From: a virus
Taxonomy: Duplodnaviria; Caudoviricetes
IMG/VR virus record: IMGVR_UViG_3300033067_002132
Location: 64,001-128,000 of that record
DNA: 64,000 bases
Strand: one strand, 5' to 3'
Shown: piece after piece, positions 60,445 to 64,000 of the stretch
Position numbering within the stretch: the stretch's first letter is position 1
How the letters are laid out: each line of letters opens with the position of its first letter
Notes under the pieces: generated by a model
What the model was told of the DNA's origin: nothing
Database searches by the model: none
The model's input: only the letters and a program-made list of their open reading frames with translations
Program-made: the position numbers and the translations under genes

Positions 60445-61429
60445 CTAGGTATAAATTTCTATAGTTTTTTTAATATTATTTCCGAAAGAATCATTTGCTT
60501 GCCATCCCAAAATATAACAAACAATTCTTTCGTTTGTAACTTTACCTGTTTCTGTAGTAATAGTATAATTCACTAATAATTCTTTACGTCGAAAATATAT
60601 TAATCGAAAATTAGAAAGATTTTTATTTTCTTGTGGAAGTATAATTTTATTAGAATTATTAATTTCTATTTCTCCATTAGATAAAGAAACAGAATAAATT
60701 TCTTGCGGATTAAGTATATTTTTAAGTTCGAATCTAATTAATTTTTCATGATCTATATCAAAAAAAGCAGATCTTTTATCTGGTTCTATTTTTGATTTAT
60801 CATCTAATGGTTGAATAAAAGTTGTACCGTCATTATAATAAGCGGTAAACAAATATTTTAATAGATTCATATATCTATTATACTATTAAAATTTAATTTA
60901 TAAATTAATTTTCTTCGTATCTTAAAGTTAATCCTACTGTAGCAGTATCACCCGCGGAAGCAGCAATTGTAGTAATTAATTGTGTTGCAAGATAACAACT
61001 AAAAGCAGGGTTAGAAGTAGTAGAAGCGGATTTTCCTGCGGCTTCCGGACCAGTAGCGCCAAAAGTTACAGCTAATCCTGTACTAATATCACCTGTGGGC
61101 GTAAAATCAATCCATGTGCCACTTGCAAGAATACTAGGTGTTGAATAAAAGGTTCCTGTATATGTTCTTAATGTTAATCCTGCGCCTAACGTACCAGAAG
61201 TATGTTGCCATAATCCATTAGTGATTTGATTATAAGTACCACTAAAGACACCAAATTGAAATTTATGAAAAGATGCATTTCCTGCACTCACAGGAACAGA
61301 TGAATATGCAGTTGTTGAATCATCTATATTTTTCCAATTACATTCAGAACGGCTAGGTGTACGTGTTGTACCTTTTGGTGGTGAACCGGCTGCGGTTCCG
61401 TTGTCTTCGCCGAAATAAAATATTGACAT
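60445..61429 (-). other. Two CDSs: 60445-60870 (RLIYFRR..YILGWQ) and 60905-61429 (probable virion protein)
   Basis: ORF track. Confidence 0.65.
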
Positions 61430-61432
61430 AAT

Positions 61433-62203
61433 TTAATTTTTCTCCTTAATTCTATTTAAAATTTTTTCTTTAAAAGTATCATTATTTACTTCTGTTTCTG
61501 TTACTCTTAATAAATTTATTCCGATAGCTTTTAAATATGCAGATTTAGATTTATCTCTTTTAATAGATTTTTCTAAACTATGCCAGTAATCGCCATCTAC
61601 TTCTATTATTAAATTACACATCGGTATATAAAAATCGAATAACATTCTACCTGATACTAAATATTGTTGTATAAATTCTATATTTTGTTCTTTTAAAAAA
61701 TTCGCTGTTTTAATTTCAATTTTAGTAGGTTTAAATAATCCTTGATTTATTCTAGATTTAATACTTGCTTGTCGTAATTTTTCTCTTTTTTCTTCTGTAA
61801 AATTTGATTTAGAGTTTATAGACATTTTTTCTTTTGTTTCTTTAGAATGTGGTTTATTTTTATGCCAATTATTTCCATAAAAATGTTGTTTTTTATCTTC
61901 AGAAAGAATCCAGGTTTTACCCAAACAAGGATGTTTATTATTTTTCATATAATTTAATAATATCAACCTTGATTTTTCTATTTCTTCTGGAGTTCTTATT
62001 CTTTTTTTAGCAGAAATACTAGATTTAATTTTAGTTTCTTTAGATCTAATAAATTTACCTCTTCCCTTTTTTAATTTTAAATGTTTTACTCTTGATTGAA
62101 TACAAGATAAACCTTTATTTATTAATTTTTCTTCTATAATTTGTTTTACCGTTTTATTTTGATAATTTTCTATTAATATTAAATCTTCTTGTTCGGTCCA
62201 CAT
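61433..62203 (-). CDS. Homing-type endonuclease: NUMOD3 repeats plus DUF559/Vsr-like nuclease
   Basis: HSKETKEKMS; PTKIE..DFYIP..IIEVDGDYWH..RD..K...LLRV. Confidence 0.85.
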   Translation of the reverse strand: MWTEQEDLILIENYQNKTVKQIIEEKLINKGLSCIQSRVKHLKLKKGRGKFIRSKETKIKSSISAKKRIRTPEEIEKSRLILLNYMKNNKHPCLGKTWILSEDKKQHFYGNNWHKNKPHSKETKEKMSINSKSNFTEEKREKLRQASIKSRINQGLFKPTKIEIKTANFLKEQNIEFIQQYLVSGRMLFDFYIPMCNLIIEVDGDYWHSLEKSIKRDKSKSAYLKAIGINLLRVTETEVNNDTFKEKILNRIKEKN

Positions 62204-62242
62204 AATAAACCTTTTCCTTAAGATAACGTTTTTTTTTATTCT

Positions 62243-62268
62243 AAAAAAGGCACTATTTCTAGTGCCTT
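62243..62268 (-). terminator. Terminator after the major capsid gene
   Basis: AAGGCACTA/TAGTGCCTT hairpin plus U-run. Confidence 0.8.
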
Positions 62269-62290
62269 CTTTATATTATTTAAATTAAGA

Positions 62291-63379
62291 TTAAACCTTA
62301 ATTCCAACAAGTACGCGACTATCAACACAAGCTCTACCTTCTTCAAGGAATCCCCAGTATCCAGCTTTGTCTTGACGTGCTACATATTGATCATCAACTT
62401 GTGCGGAGAACGTTCCACCGCTATCAGATTGACGAGCAACAGGGCGAATTAAACCTTCACGGCTTAAATCAATACCTACGATAAGTTCGTCAGCGGCAGG
62501 ATCAAAAGATAATGAAGTAAATGTATCGAAAAGAATATTATATTTAGCATTTACACCTAATTCTAATAATTCAGTAATACCTACTCCATAAATTTCTTGT
62601 AATCCAGCACCACGATAAATTTCTTCACGAACATTATCAGGTAATGCGATAGATGTTGCGCCAGAAGATGCTACCGCACCAGAACGAGTATTTACTGGTT
62701 GATAAGCAAATCCGCGAATTTGTTCTTTCATTTCGGGTGAAAGGAAAAGATCGGTTACACCTTTTGAATCAAAACCATTAGGAGTACCCTTATCCCATGC
62801 AGTATTAATTCTTCGTGCGCGTGTTAATAATTTATTTAAATCGTTAACTTGGAAAATATCAGAAGCGGTTGCATCAATAACATGACCTAAACCGTTTGTA
62901 CTTGCTTCAGCAAGAGCTTTTAATGCAACGGCCCAAGCATTACGTTCTTGTTTTACAAGAACTTCTTGAGACATTTTTTCAAGAGCTTTAGCCATAACAT
63001 CTAAGTTTGCTTTACGTGCATATTTTTTATAGAATGCTACAGAAGAATCCAAACGATAAGTATGGAATTTCATTTCAGCAGAACCTTCTACAACGCTTGT
63101 AGGTAATCCACCTGCTACTGTTTGATACCATACTTGAACGTAATTAACGTCTTCGTTGTACCAAAGTTCAATAGGGAAAGAAGGACTATCGTCTTCGTTA
63201 TAAGGAAGATCTCGATAAATTAATGAAGCGGTTCCTGCTTTAGAAAGAATTTTTTCTACAACAATATTAATTATCGCAGCAAACGCTTCTTGAGCTTCAC
63301 GGGCAACCGTTAGATTTTTAGAACCCATTTTTTGAATAAGTTCTCTATTTTGTGGTGTGTCTTTAAGTCTTAGTTTCAT
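62291..63379 (-). CDS. Major capsid protein (HK97-like)
   Basis: 362 aa; LFLSPE, ELIVGID, C-terminal GxxGxxEEGRxxxDxR; followed by a terminator. Confidence 0.8.
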   Translation of the reverse strand: MKLRLKDTPQNRELIQKMGSKNLTVAREAQEAFAAIINIVVEKILSKAGTASLIYRDLPYNEDDSPSFPIELWYNEDVNYVQVWYQTVAGGLPTSVVEGSAEMKFHTYRLDSSVAFYKKYARKANLDVMAKALEKMSQEVLVKQERNAWAVALKALAEASTNGLGHVIDATASDIFQVNDLNKLLTRARRINTAWDKGTPNGFDSKGVTDLFLSPEMKEQIRGFAYQPVNTRSGAVASSGATSIALPDNVREEIYRGAGLQEIYGVGITELLELGVNAKYNILFDTFTSLSFDPAADELIVGIDLSREGLIRPVARQSDSGGTFSAQVDDQYVARQDKAGYWGFLEEGRACVDSRVLVGIKV

Positions 63380-63413
63380 ATATTTAAATTCCTTTATTTT
63401 TTAAATCACGGGA

Positions 63414-63941
63414 TTATAGGTCTAATTTAACTAAAACGAATCCTCTTGAATCTTTAGGTCCAAGAGCGGTTCCTACTAAATGCGATGCCGCGCCCGTGGT
63501 TGAAAGTGCTCCAGCGGTCCATGTATACAAAGGAGAATTCACTACAACGTTACCTTGAATTCCGCTATATAATACTAATCCGCGTTTTAAAATTGGGACA
63601 GCTTGACCACTAATTACCGCGCCAATAGCCGATGCTTTTGATGGGTTAAATTTAAGTGGTAATCCGTTTTCGTCCGTTTCTCTTACATCTTGTAAAAGTA
63701 AACCTAATGCTGCATCTCCTGAATCACAAGCAGTTACGAAAGAAGGAACCCCGAATCTTTCATTTACTGTATTAGGGTAAGACGCACCGACTGATCCCAT
63801 GAATCTAATTTCTCCTTCGGTTGTCCAACCCACTCCTACTTTAACAAAAGTACCTTTGTTAACTGGAAGTGTGCCGGAATAACCGAACAGATTAATAACA
63901 TCATGTTCACTGTAATCTCTAAATGGTTTTAATGTTGGCAT
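63414..63941 (-). CDS. Capsid decoration/cement protein
   Basis: Directly upstream of the MCP; ALGLLL..V..GQAVPIL..G..VG..LG..VLVKL. Confidence 0.65.
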   Translation of the reverse strand: MPTLKPFRDYSEHDVINLFGYSGTLPVNKGTFVKVGVGWTTEGEIRFMGSVGASYPNTVNERFGVPSFVTACDSGDAALGLLLQDVRETDENGLPLKFNPSKASAIGAVISGQAVPILKRGLVLYSGIQGNVVVNSPLYTWTAGALSTTGAASHLVGTALGPKDSRGFVLVKLDL

Positions 63942-64000
63942 ATTTTTCTCCTTATATAAATCTTCTTATTATTTGTTATCTCCGAATTCTAATATTATTC

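Larger units (their letters stand above)
16903..60445. promoter_or_regulatory. Dispersed late-promoter motif GTGTAA (13 exact sites)
   Basis: + strand: 25225, 26414, 27188, 32297, 35790. - strand (TTACAC): 16903, 49809, 51835, 55537, 55919, 56287, 57770, 60440. Each is just upstream of a gene start. Confidence 0.8.

Noticed and set aside
1-64000. Stop-codon reassignment
   Set aside because: Long ORFs are intact in the standard code, and TAA, TAG and TGA all end genes.

Overview
This window is a segment of a large tailed dsDNA bacteriophage (siphovirus-like, very long tape measure protein, standard genetic code). It has three parts. (i) 1-24.6 kb, + strand: an early/host-takeover region of small ORFs driven by many TTGAC-N16/17-TAnnnT sigma70 promoters, many of them leaderless. 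It includes a partial sigma factor, two AUA-reading tRNA-Ile genes, three enlarged tRNA-scaffolded RNAs, a dense cluster of discrete structured non-coding RNAs, an 8-member family of small basic paralogs, and RadC/JAB, DUF932-like, SleB-like and HNH genes. GC content rises steeply toward 24.5 kb. (ii) 25.3-39.4 kb, + strand: cupin, PhoH, a second sigma factor, terminase, an ERCC4 nuclease, portal (with an IS607-like HTH), a tail-tube paralog and a Gly-repeat fibre. (iii) 39.4-64 kb, - strand: head-to-tail morphogenesis genes. Late genes share a GTGTAA promoter motif. The strongest leads are the 3457-aa tape measure protein, which carries enzyme cassettes (HExxH peptidase, GNAT, two unknown) delimited by repeated G(F/H)(I/V)PNF motifs, and the arsenal of tRNA-scaffolded and pseudoknotted ncRNAs. 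All calls come from manual motif recognition; no searches were run, and GC values are visual estimates.
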